A stretch of 64,000 nucleotides of DNA, the filler included, from Barthelona sp. PAP020 (taxonomy: Eukaryota), in the NCBI GenBank assembly GCA_040182905.1. It is 17 parts of 17 records of this genome, joined end to end, with 100 filler letters (N's around TTAATTAATTAA, not from the genome) between each part and the next. Parts side by side here need not be neighbours in the genome. Positions count along the whole stretch, not along the records: positions 42,401 to 46,062 come from JARQWU010000723.1; positions 46,163 to 49,811 come from JARQWU010000724.1; positions 49,912 to 53,545 come from JARQWU010000725.1; positions 53,646 to 57,263 come from JARQWU010000726.1; 13 more parts are not named here. One strand, 5' to 3'. The notes under the pieces were generated by a model that saw only the letters and a list, made by a program, of their open reading frames with translations, did not search any database and was not told where the DNA came from. The position numbers and the translations under genes are program-made. Numbering within the stretch: the stretch's first letter is position 1; every line of letters starts with the position of its first letter. Shown in pieces: positions 45,092 to 56,122 of the stretch.

Positions 45092-46062
45092 CTAGAGTTC
45101 TTCTGGATTGTCAAATTGACCAATCAAACTTTTGGAAAAATTATCTAATTTGAAATCATTTTTCGTTTTTGTTGGAGGTTTTCGTCTAAAATCATTGTTT
45201 GGGAGTCTTTGAGGTGAACCAATCCCCGATAAATACATGGAACTTAATTCTTTGAAATTTTTCCTCAATGTATCCAATCCAATCTTTTGAACATGCTTTT
45301 TAGTGTCAAGCAGATTTTCAACAACGTATTTTTGTGTGGATGCAGGTGTAAGTAAATGAGGTGAACAAGGAGTTTTAGTCACCAATCTAGGTGTTCTAGG
45401 TCTTCTATTGAACATTGAAGTTCCTGGTCTACCTGGAGTGTGGATATCTGGAGAATTCATCAGAGCTTTCTTTGGCAACTTTTCATCAACAATCGTACAT
45501 TCATCATCATGATTCTTTCTGAGATTAATGATGTTAACATAGGAATTGGTGATATCTGTGGATATCAATCCATTTTCTTCTAAAATTGACTGTTGTTTCT
45601 GTAATAATTCGAACATTGAATCAATAAGAGTTGACTGTGGTGTTTTAGGTTTTTGACTAGCACTAGCTCTTACACTGGCACTGACAAAATTTCTTTCATA
45701 CTGCTCTAATTTTTCGTTCAACTCTTTAATTTGTTTCTTTTGCTCTGCAATGATTGTTGTGTATTGACTAAGATGATCTGAAGTTCTTTGTCTGTTTTGA
45801 GACACTTCAACTGTAATATGTTTGGCTCGTGATGCGTACTTCAACGTGTTATACGTGTCATCATAAGAATAAGCAGATGGAGATATATTTGCTATCATAA
45901 TCGTCTTACAATTGCCTCCCAATGAGTCCTTCAATAATCTCGTTAACTTAGAATTTCTATAGGGAATGAACTGTTTCTTTTTTCCCATGGTTAAAGCATT
46001 TATACAATTTCCCAAAGCTAACAAAGATCTATTGATATTAGCACCTTCCATGAGTCTAACAC
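45092..46062 (-). CDS. Kinesin-8 (KIF18/19-like), 5'-truncated
   Basis: [62 protein letters not shown]. Confidence 0.92.
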
Positions 46063-46169
46063 NNNNNNNNNNNNNNNNNNNNNNNNNNNNNNNNNNNNNN
46101 NNNNNNTTAATTAATTAANNNNNNNNNNNNNNNNNNNNNNNNNNNNNNNNNNNNNNNNNNNNTCAAAAA

Positions 46170-46335
46170 GATTGGAATAAAGAATTTCTCCAAAATTCTC
46201 CTACTTGATCGTTCCAATTACATTTCAGTCCCTCAATTCCCCTCCTGGGATTTTGACTGAAATTTGCTAGAATGAGTTTTCTGAGTTTACTTCTTCTTTC
46301 TTAATAAATATGGTTATTTCACAACTGGACCAAAT
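46170..46335. repeat. Repeat family R3 copy (inverted relative to 34380-34550)
   Basis: GGAATAAAGAATTTCTC...TGATCGTT...TTACATTTCAGTCCCT...GATTTTGACTGAAAT...TTTCACAACTGG. Confidence 0.85.
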
Positions 46336-46709
46336 TCGGACAAAATATGTTAAAAAAGAGAGCGAACAAAAATTGAATTTCGATCATCAACACCGAAAAG
46401 TTCAAGAAAATATTTGATTTCGAATTTTAATGTTCTTAAAAAACAAACTTCTGAAATTTATTGCTGTTATTTTAGCGAACTTGAGATTATAAACCAATAA
46501 TCTGGCCTCAAAAACAATCAACAGAAAAGAACATAATCTGTTTTGTTTCTTCACATCAATACACAAACTGGAAATAACAATAACAAATAACAATAAGATA
46601 CACTTTACTCATACAAGAAATATAATAACAAAAAAAAAAAAACAATACAAAATGAAGAACAGTAAAACACAAGCACAAACAACTTTTTGACAATGTAAAA
46701 CAGCAAACT

Positions 46710-47387
46710 TTAAGCCAAAGCAGCCATAAACACAAAAGTAGCTCTAGGTATCAAAGAATCATCAAAAACTTCAACATGAGCATCCTGACCATAGGGTTGC
46801 TTCTTTATTACCGCAATAATTTGACCTGAAGAAGCATTTGATATCTTAAAAATGTTTTCATCAATACTAACCCAATTTGTTTCTGCAAGCTTAATATTAT
46901 CAGGACTATATAAAACGAACTTTTCTCTACTTTCAACAAATTGGTCTGAAAACTGTTGTTGAAGCATAAGAATACAACGAGGGTCATTATAATTATGTAA
47001 ATATCCATGTACACCCGAAGTGTGTGAGATAAACAGTGTCATATTCAATAACTGTTGATTGTTTAGCAAATGAAAAGTTGTGGAAAAAAAAGGAACTTTA
47101 ATTTCTCCAATCGGTATATGTTTACCATCACTTTCATCATAAAGGCCAAATGTTTTGGAAAATATATTATTGTGTCGTTCCACAGAAAATTTATGAGGAA
47201 TTCGAAGAAAACCACTGGGCTCATAAAAATTACTAGATCTATATAAATAAAATAAATAGCCTGCAATTATAAACACAAACAAAAATAATACAATACAACA
47301 TTTTCTTGATCTTTTTTTTCGAGATTGAATTCTTTCATGATGTTGTTCAAATAGCAATGGAACGCTATTATCAGAATAAAAAGACAT
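46710..47387 (-). CDS. Single-pass membrane protein, possible LURP-one/scramblase (Tubby-C-like) fold
   Basis: N-terminal TM, repeated F.L/Y...G..I/LA.I hairpins, hydrophobic C-terminal helix. Confidence 0.5.
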   Translation of the reverse strand: MSFYSDNSVPLLFEQHHERIQSRKKRSRKCCIVLFLFVFIIAGYLFYLYRSSNFYEPSGFLRIPHKFSVERHNNIFSKTFGLYDESDGKHIPIGEIKVPFFSTTFHLLNNQQLLNMTLFISHTSGVHGYLHNYNDPRCILMLQQQFSDQFVESREKFVLYSPDNIKLAETNWVSIDENIFKISNASSGQIIAVIKKQPYGQDAHVEVFDDSLIPRATFVFMAALA

Positions 47388-47458
47388 TCAACAACAAAAA
47401 AAAAAAAAGAAGGAAAAAAAATCAAGACTCCATGTGACTTAATAATATTTAACCCAAA

Positions 47459-49024
47459 ATGTTTAATGAATTAAAAAAGAGAATCAGACGAATTGATCTG
47501 CATGATCAAAAAACATTATTTATAGTGATATCAACAATAAGAATAATTAATTCTTTGATTTTACGAACATTTTTTGATCCTGATGAATATTATCAATTCA
47601 TTGAAATAGGATACAATGGAATATTTAAAGATGGAGATGTACCTTGGGAATGGAAAGTTGGTTTAAGAAGCTGTAATCATGTATTATTATCTCATTTTTA
47701 TTATTTCATAATAAATTTAATAAATTTAGACAAATATCATTTCTTTATGGTTAGGTTTCCAATGGTTTTACATTCATTTGTTCAATCTTTCATTGATTTT
47801 TATACTATTCTATTGATAAAACATTTGTTTTCAAATATCTCTCTTCTATCTATATTTACTGTTGTTATGACTTCATGGTTCAATGGTATGATGGGTGGTA
47901 GGACATACATGAATTCAATAGAAAATTTAGCGACCATATATGTTACATATTCTTTAATTACCAGTTGTAAAGATAAAAAGAATAATAAGACCATTAATTC
48001 AACTTTGGTAAATAGAAGTGCAATAGTTACAACAATGATCTGTATGTTGAGACCTACATGTGCGCCATATTTTGTAACTTTATGGTTTGGATATCTATTT
48101 GTATCAAAGATTGGTTTTACAATGGTTTTACCAATCATTCCCCGAATTTTAGGGACTATTATTGCACAAATTATTTTGGATTGTGTGTACTATAAACGTT
48201 TTGTGTTTCCATTGTGGACTTTCGTGAAGTTTAATTTTTTTACGGAGGGGGCATCATATTTTGGCACTCATTTTCCGTTATGGTATGTTGTTGTTGCATT
48301 ACCTACCATGTTTTTAACTTTATGTCTTCCCATGTTTTTTGGGATTATTGCCACAATAAAGAAACGTGGTTTTGATTGGGCAGATTTATTATTGGTATGT
48401 ATTGGGATACAAATATTTGTTCTATCTTTGGTCTCTCATAAAGAATTTAGGTTTCTGTTTCATTTGATGCCAGTTTTATTTGTTTATGTTTTTTGTGGAT
48501 TAAATACAAATCATTATTCTATTGAAAAGATGAAAAAAAAAATTACAAAAAAGAGAGTTTTCTTATTGATTCATATCTTTTTTAATCTCATTGTTTTTGT
48601 TTATTTTGCCACTATTCATCAATCAGGACGAATTTCCGCTGGAGATGAATTGTTTAAAATTTGTTCAAACAAGGAAAATTGTAATGTACTGTCGTTTATG
48701 CCTTGTTATAATATACCTGGTAATGCTTATTTACACAATGGTCATTCAAATATTACTTTAAGACAATTAGATTGTTCTCCTTTAACCATTCCAACAGAAC
48801 AAATGAAAATTTTTGAAAACCCTCTTCCGTGGATCAAAGAATACATGAAAAACAATAAAGTTGATGCCATTTCAATGTATAGCAAATATTTTTATCATGA
48901 AGTTGGTCAATATGTTCAATCTTCAGGATTTGTTTGTAATGCTTTTTTCAATAATGCCTTTGATAATGATGAAAATTATGTGTTCGTTTGTGAAAAAATT
49001 GTCAAAATGGAAGACCAAATATAA
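47459..49024 (+). CDS. PIGB: GPI mannosyltransferase III (PIG-B/Gpi10, GT22)
   Basis: RTFFDPDEYYQ, WEW, HKEFRF, HQSG, MPCY, LDC.P. Confidence 0.93.
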   Translation: MFNELKKRIRRIDLHDQKTLFIVISTIRIINSLILRTFFDPDEYYQFIEIGYNGIFKDGDVPWEWKVGLRSCNHVLLSHFYYFIINLINLDKYHFFMVRFPMVLHSFVQSFIDFYTILLIKHLFSNISLLSIFTVVMTSWFNGMMGGRTYMNSIENLATIYVTYSLITSCKDKKNNKTINSTLVNRSAIVTTMICMLRPTCAPYFVTLWFGYLFVSKIGFTMVLPIIPRILGTIIAQIILDCVYYKRFVFPLWTFVKFNFFTEGASYFGTHFPLWYVVVALPTMFLTLCLPMFFGIIATIKKRGFDWADLLLVCIGIQIFVLSLVSHKEFRFLFHLMPVLFVYVFCGLNTNHYSIEKMKKKITKKRVFLLIHIFFNLIVFVYFATIHQSGRISAGDELFKICSNKENCNVLSFMPCYNIPGNAYLHNGHSNITLRQLDCSPLTIPTEQMKIFENPLPWIKEYMKNNKVDAISMYSKYFYHEVGQYVQSSGFVCNAFFNNAFDNDENYVFVCEKIVKMEDQI

Positions 49025-49289
49025 TTACACACAATAAATGTTAATTTTTTCTTTTTTGTTTTGCCTGCTTTTTCCAACTATTTTTTCAGAAATTCCACGT
49101 GAAAATGTGTGTTTCCGAATGGAACATTACATTTTCAAAAAGATATGCTTGATTTCCAATTTTCCTTCTTTTAGTGGTTTATGATCGGTGTTTTTCAAGA
49201 ATTTCTTTTTGTTGCTCAAATTTCTTTTTTGGAATGGTCTGATTTGAGACTGAAAAAACGAAATACCTTGGAATTTTGCCAAAATCTGA

Positions 49290-49560
49290 CTATTTCTTCA
49301 AAGAAACCTTTTTTTAAAACTTTCCAAACTTGAGAATGGCGTGTCAGGTAATTTGTAAATAAACTTTCATTATTAATCATATCAAGGGTTCAGCATTCTT
49401 TTTGGAACATCTCTTTCATAGCCTTTTTTCATGGATTGTCCGCAGAGAGAGCTATCTATACAATATGAAAAATTATTGCAGTACTAACTGTTCAAAAGAA
49501 CAATAAGGCCTCGCTTTCTTGAACTTTAATCAATTGTACAAGATTTGTTGGGATACCCCA
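49290..49560 (-). repeat. Repeat family R2 copy (inverted)
   Basis: TTGCAGTACT...GTTCAAAAGAA...CTTGAA and GGACA...ATGAAA...GTTCC...ACCC blocks match 26950-27124 (reverse complement) and 33990-34170 (direct). Confidence 0.8.
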
Positions 49561-50089
49561 ATAATTGGATCTTTAAAACACTTCATTTTTGCACCAAAGA
49601 CAATACAAAGTTAAAATTTTGCCAATAACTCTAAAACAGTTTTAAACAAAGAAAAGAAAAAAAAAATCTCACTAACATTTATACAAGACATAAAAACCAA
49701 AAGACGTTCTACAAAAGAAGGTCAATCAATTCCAAATCTCCCAATTCTTCTTCCAATTCTTCTTTCAACTCAGAATCGAAACCAACGTCAGTCAAATCTA
49801 ATGTCAATTCANNNNNNNNNNNNNNNNNNNNNNNNNNNNNNNNNNNNNNNNNNNNTTAATTAATTAANNNNNNNNNNNNNNNNNNNNNNNNNNNNNNNNN
49901 NNNNNNNNNNNTATGTTTCAAAAATTGCAAAAATTATGCATTCAAAAAGAATTTTTACAATGATTGATAAGACATTTTTGGCTTGGTATGATCAAACAAT
50001 TCAAAATAAGCTAGCCGTTAATGATTTGTTAAGTCAATTTTAACAGATAAAATGTATATTGTTCATTTTTTATTCATTTCTTTGTGTAG

Positions 50090-50567
50090 ATGACAACACA
50101 AAAAGTTTTTGTATTGATTTACCCGAATTTCAAGCAGATGCTGCAGAGGAAGTTATTAAAAAAAGACTTAAAGCCGCCAAGGAGGTTTTAAAAATGAGCA
50201 TTTTGAATGGACCGTGTTTTGTTGATGATACTTCTTTGGAAACTGAAGCAATGGGAGGGTTACCGGGACCATTTATCAAATGGTTTTTAAAAAGTTGTGG
50301 CAGAGGTCTTTTGAAAGTTTGATTGGGCACAACAATTTCAATGCAATTGTTCGTTGCTCGATTGATTATTTTGCTGGTAAAAACGATCACATCTTTTCAA
50401 GTACATGTGATGGTTATATTATAAAACCCAGAGGTGATTCCTTTGGCTTTGATCCAATTTTTCAGCCCAAAGGTTTTAATAAAACATATGCTGCAATGAA
50501 AAGTCATGAAAAGCATATAATTTCTCACTGAGGAAATGCTGCGAGACAATTAGTGGAATTAATCTAA
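50090..50567 (+). pseudogene. ITPA: ITPase (HAM1/ITPA) pseudogene
   Basis: IDLPEFQ, DDTSL, GGLPGPFIKWF, FGFDPIFQP, EK..ISH*G. One-nt frameshift at ~50318-50320, TGA at 50529-50531 in place of the SHR arginine, and N-terminal TGN..K segment absent. Confidence 0.85.
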
Positions 50568-50624
50568 TCTTAATTTTTAAAATAACAATAAAACTATCAT
50601 ATATTTATATAAAGACTACAAGAT

Positions 50625-50900
50625 TCACTTTTTATTTTTTCCTAATGCATTAAACTCTGGATTGTTATTTAATTCAAGCCAGGTTGATCCATACAAACCA
50701 GTTCCATAATGTGAATTTTCCATTAATCTTCTTGCTCGGTTTATAACATCTTCAAATGTATTTTTTCGTTTGGTTGAATCGTATTTAGGTTTATAACGTA
50801 CAGTTGATTCCAATTCAAAGGTGTTGGGATCAATATAAGTATCTAAAAATGGTGGTTCACCTTCTGGTTCTGGTATATTGGTAGCGTCGTTGAAGTTCAT
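50625..50900 (-). CDS. Small hypothetical protein (91 aa)
   Basis: ATG-initiated, coding-like composition, no motif recognised. Confidence 0.5.
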   Translation of the reverse strand: MNFNDATNIPEPEGEPPFLDTYIDPNTFELESTVRYKPKYDSTKRKNTFEDVINRARRLMENSHYGTGLYGSTWLELNNNPEFNALGKNKK

Positions 50901-51252
50901 TGAATAAATGTAATAAATAAAAATTGGAAGAATTTTTTTCATTTTATTTCTATGAACTTATTATTGAAATTTATTGAAATGCATTATTCAAAATTATTTT
51001 GTTAATTCATTTTGAGTGTTTTCATTTTTTTTGATTCATTTTTGTTTTTAATCTTTTTTTTTACTGGTTTAAATAAGAATTTCTTGTTTTGTATTTGACG
51101 TTTAATTTGTCATTAATAAAATATGAGATATTTTTTGAAATAAAACAACTGTACAAAATCAAACAAATCAAATCAAAATTTACAACTAATCCATTTACAT
51201 TTAACATCCCTTTAATTTATTATTTTTATTTGTCTTTATATATTTTTGAAAC

Positions 51253-53001
51253 ATGGATCAAAAAATGCAAACTGAAGAACAAAATGAACAGCAAAGCCAA
51301 AAGCAAGTGTTACCACCTGCAGAAAAAGTTGATGATAAGTACCCAAATTTGGCTGTCGCAAGAAGAGTTGTTGGAGTTCATGAATCAACTGATGACAATC
51401 ATGATATTCCTACACCACCTTTAGAAAAGCAAATGGAGATGAATAAAGTCACTTTTCCAAGTCAATTCGAAGATAACGAAGGTATTCCTATGCTTACTAA
51501 TAATCGATGGGACAAGGAGACTATCACTAATTTGGGTCCAAAAAATTATGCAGAACCTGAGTTGTTGCCAAAATATCACGCAATTATTATTGGTGGTGGT
51601 TTAGCTGGATTAGAAGTTGCCGAATTTTTGACTAATTATGATCATAAGGTGTTGTTATTGGAGAAAAATTTAATAGGTGGAAATGATCTTGTTTCTAATT
51701 CTTTTCCAACCAAGATGTTGTCTAAATTCAGTCATGTTGATCGTTTTGTCGAACAATGTGAATCTTTTGGAATTGAAACGAGCAAGATTGTCGATGCTGA
51801 CTTCAGTACCATGATGAACATTATCCGGATGAAGAGAGCTGAAAGTAGTCGTCAGTATTCCCTTGAAACCTTAATTGCTAGAGGGTTACATGTATTGTTT
51901 GGAGAAGGAAAGTTCATTAGCAAGAAGGAATTTTCCATTCATGATAAGATTGTCAAATTTGAACATGCGTTCATCTGTACTGGATCATCTCCGTTTATTC
52001 CAGATATCCCCGGATTGTTGTCCTCTGGATTTGTTACTCATGAATCATTTTGGAATTTGGAGATTTTACCGAAGAGAGTTACCTTCATAGGAGGTGGATT
52101 AACTGCATTAGAATTTGCAGAAGCTTTGGCAAGATTTGGTAGCCAAATTATGATCATTGAAAAACGGGAAAAAATCTTGCCTGGGTTTGATAAAGATGCC
52201 AGTAAGTTTGTCTATGAACGTTTAAGACAATTAGGTGTGAAGTTCCATTTCAATCAGGAAGTAATATCCATTGACAACAGAGATGGAGAGAGCATTTTGA
52301 ATTTGAAATCTAATGATGTCGTTCGTACAGATATGGTCTTTTTGGCTTGTGGTAATCGTCCAAATACTTCCAATCTTGGTTTACAAATGGCTGGTGTAGA
52401 TGTTGAAGACAGACTTATTATTTGTAAAAATAATGGAAAGACAACCAACAAAAGGATATATGCTGTCGGTGATTGTGCTGATTGTTGTTATGGTATGGGA
52501 TCTTCAGCACAAGACTGTGCTAGGGCTGCAGCACAAGATTCTCGTACAAAAACTATTTGTCAAATTCCTGAGTTCATCACAAAAACATGTTATATTACCC
52601 CTGAAGTAGCTTGTGTTGGTTTAACCGAACAACAGTTGGAAAAGGACGAAATTCAATATGATGTAATTATCACTGATTTTGCTTCAAACACAAGAGCATT
52701 GATGGAAGGAATGAGTGAAGGCTTCATCAAAATCTTACTCAGAAGAGATTCTGAGGAATTACTGGGTGTTACAGTTGTACATGAAAAAGCTACCGAATTA
52801 ATTGCAGAATTAGCTATAATGGTGAATCACAAGATGGAATTACGTTGTTTAGCAAATGTAGCTCATTCAACAACTTCATTGAGCACTAATCTGGTTGATT
52901 TGGCTTCAAGACATCTTACACGTTTAAAATGGAAAGAACACAGTGAGGATTTCCGAAAGAGCTCTTCTAAGCACACGAAAGAAACTGTTGCATTTGTATA
53001 A
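51253..53001 (+). CDS. Class I pyridine nucleotide-disulfide oxidoreductase-like flavoprotein (mercuric reductase/DLD-like), redox cysteines absent
   Basis: IIIGGGLAG (FAD), ICTGS, FIGGGLTALE (NAD), TTNKRIYAVGD, dimerisation domain PEVACVGLTE...GFIKI. Confidence 0.9.
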   Translation: MDQKMQTEEQNEQQSQKQVLPPAEKVDDKYPNLAVARRVVGVHESTDDNHDIPTPPLEKQMEMNKVTFPSQFEDNEGIPMLTNNRWDKETITNLGPKNYAEPELLPKYHAIIIGGGLAGLEVAEFLTNYDHKVLLLEKNLIGGNDLVSNSFPTKMLSKFSHVDRFVEQCESFGIETSKIVDADFSTMMNIIRMKRAESSRQYSLETLIARGLHVLFGEGKFISKKEFSIHDKIVKFEHAFICTGSSPFIPDIPGLLSSGFVTHESFWNLEILPKRVTFIGGGLTALEFAEALARFGSQIMIIEKREKILPGFDKDASKFVYERLRQLGVKFHFNQEVISIDNRDGESILNLKSNDVVRTDMVFLACGNRPNTSNLGLQMAGVDVEDRLIICKNNGKTTNKRIYAVGDCADCCYGMGSSAQDCARAAAQDSRTKTICQIPEFITKTCYITPEVACVGLTEQQLEKDEIQYDVIITDFASNTRALMEGMSEGFIKILLRRDSEELLGVTVVHEKATELIAELAIMVNHKMELRCLANVAHSTTSLSTNLVDLASRHLTRLKWKEHSEDFRKSSSKHTKETVAFV

Positions 53002-53314
53002 ATATGTTTGAAAATGTCATTTTTGTTTGTCCAAATTGTGTATTTGAAAGAAATTGAAGTTTACACTATTTAAACTTGGTCATCAATTTGTTAAGGTCAA
53101 TATTTTAAGATTTATTTATGGGCATGTCAACAGAGGAGAAAATTACAGTTTGAAAAAATCATGTGTGATAAAGATAGAGGACTTAAATTAGAGTTCTTTT
53201 GATAAAATGAAGTTATTAGTGAACTTAATTTCAATTTATAATGGTTTTAATAAAAAGTGCAGACATTTTAACAAAAATGGCTGTCAAGAGCATTTTAAAT
53301 AATGTTTTTTTTAC

Positions 53315-53545
53315 ATGTCTTCCATTAGAATCCCAGATTTGGAGACTCTTTTGGCACCTACATTGCCAGAAGAGTTGGAAGCTAAACCTCCACCCGTTTC
53401 AAAAGATTTAAGTCGATATGTCAGAAGAAATTTATTTGCAAAGTACAAAGATCGAGCGATAGAAATTGTTGAAACAAGAAAAAAGGCCAGATTAGAGGAA
53501 TTAGGAGATAAAATACTGACCGAAAATCTTGAAAAATTGAAAAAT
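53315..53545 (+). CDS. 5' start of unknown gene (contig-truncated)
   Basis: ATG-initiated frame open into the linker. Confidence 0.55.
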
Positions 53546-53645
53546 NNNNNNNNNNNNNNNNNNNNNNNNNNNNNNNNNNNNNNNNNNNNTTAATTAATTA
53601 ANNNNNNNNNNNNNNNNNNNNNNNNNNNNNNNNNNNNNNNNNNNN

Positions 53646-56061
53646 AAGTATCAATTGCTGAATGACAGGATGAAGCTGTCAAAAGTTCATTTTCTCTTAG
53701 TTTTAAAATTTCGACAAAGTGATTCAAAAACGATTTTTTAGCAAATTCGGTTGTTTTTCCCAATTTGTTTCTTAATAAATTGATACTAGTACGAATTTCA
53801 ACGTTTATCCTGTATTTAATCATCTCTGCCCATAATTGAGTTTTAGCAGGAATCAAAGAAATCATAGAAACCATGCTGAGATCTGTATTGCTAATTTCAA
53901 CAACTTTCCAAGAATCCCAATCATTAAAACTTTGAGAATTAGATGGAATAAAAATTTGATGATCATTGAATGCATATTTGATTTTGACGATAGGTAGAAC
54001 AGCATCCTTAATATTTTTTTGAGAATCAGTCAAGCAAAAAGGAACAATATTGCCAGGGAAATAAATATATTCATTTATTTTTTCAACAGTATTTTCAACA
54101 CCTACTTCTTTCTCTTTCAATCTTACCAAAACAACAGCTCCTTCTCTACCATTGGTTAAATCCCCTCTAACAACAAACGCTTCAATACCTAAACCCAAAC
54201 AAAGACTACAGAACAATAAACTATGTTCTTGACTATCTCCTTTACCACAAATACCAATGAAACTCAAAGTATGCCACACAGATATCATAGAATCAACATT
54301 AAAAACATCTTCATCAGTAGCAAATGGCATCGCTAACGAGAGACGATGTAATTCATGAACTGTATCAAATTCTGGTGGCACAGGAAGAGGAGCAATCAAT
54401 TCACATGGTAACATATAATTGCTGTCTTCATTTTTGACAAAAAAAGATGGATCTTCAAACAAATGGTAATCTGGATGATCTTCAGGTTTTTCAATCTTCA
54501 CTGGAGCGTTTTCTGGAATTTTAACAGACACACTTTCATCATATATTAGTAGCACGGTATAACAAATTTCACTCTTTCCTTGATTGGATTCAACAGCTTT
54601 TTGATCATAATTGACTAAATAACTGTGAACATCTTTGGTTTTAGCATTCAAACTAGCATCTGATCCATCAATTTCAACCAATCCATAATCACTTAAATCA
54701 ATATCCTTGTTCTTCATCTTTAGGAGCTTATCATATTCAAAATAAGTTTGTCCTAAAAAGTCAGAACCACCCATATCTTCATCAAAACCAATTATTTTAA
54801 GGAGATTGCTGGGCAATAGAACATCTCCAATAACTTGTTCATTTCTTCGATACATAGGCAAAGGACAAACTAAGATCTCATTAAACACAGGATTGACTGT
54901 GTTGTAAATAACGCTACTTTTAGGTCTTTGGCCATTTTTAAAATCAGCAATGAAAAACACGTCAGAAACACAATCATCTGAATCTCTGCCCATTAAGTTC
55001 TTACTTGATTGAAGATAAACCCCAATGTAGGGATATCCAGGAATGATTCTGGTGGGTATTCCTTGTTGAACAAAAGAAGGTATATTCTCAGGTATGATGT
55101 GCCCCTGTATTCTAAAATCTTCAAATGAAAAATCAAAAACACCAGTTTCCAAAATACCCACAAAGGGTATTTCAAAACTGCCCATTGATTGTCCATCAAT
55201 TGTCAAAGATGATTCAATTACAGTGTTTCTAATGAAAGAGTTTGTACTGTAATATTCCAAATATGCATCTTTTTTGGTCTTATGTACCTTTAGATGCTCT
55301 CTAGGCAATGCTGGATCTTCTGGTTCAGGGAAATCATGAGAAATAACACTATTTACACCAAAGAAACCACCCCATTTGAAAAGATGGGCAAATCTACGTG
55401 GTAACTGAATCTTAAACTTAAAAGAATCAAAAACAAAATCTTGATTATCCAAACGACTGAGATTTAAATCACAAACTTTGAATTTAAAAGTGAATAGTTC
55501 TTCAAAAATACAATCAAATTTCACACTTGCTCTTTCTTTTCTTGTATTTAACTCAGCAATCTCCCAAAAAATTATCTCCTGTCGAACATTTCCACCTAAA
55601 ATATCAACCAAAGGAATATGTTCAACACAAACAGGCTCTTGAACACATGAGCTTGGTCTAAAATAAGAAAACTCATACAATTCCAAAGTCAAATATCTTG
55701 TTTGAATATCCGCAACAGACAAATCAATTTCAGTATGTAAAATGTCTTTAAATGAACCATAAGAATTCGATCTTTCATCAGAAGGCAATCGACTACTTTC
55801 TAAAGAAAAAGATTTCCTCAATTCAATGGGTATGTATGGCAATTCGTCTTTTTTCGAATCATCAATTTGACCACCACCCAACGATTGTTCAATCAAAACA
55901 TCCTCTTTTTTGATTGAAAATTTTATATATGGATCAGAAACGTCAATCATATTACGAATCCTAATGTTGGACAGTTCAAAACGAAACTTTGTGGCTGGAT
56001 ATTCACTTTCATCAAAATTGCATTCATTTGCTTCAGTGTTCCTATTGTTTGAACTCATCAT
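53646..56061 (-). CDS. C2-domain plus inactive transglutaminase-like protein, CEP76/CC2D2A family (3'-truncated)
   Basis: C2 motifs SDPYIKF and NTVNPVFNE...DEDMGGSDFLG; GKGDSQEHSLLFCSLCLGLGIEAFVV; AFND..IF. Confidence 0.75.
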
Positions 56062-56122
56062 AAAATAAAAAATATTTTCCAAATCTACACAAACAAATTT
56101 ACCTTTCTTGACAACATTAATT

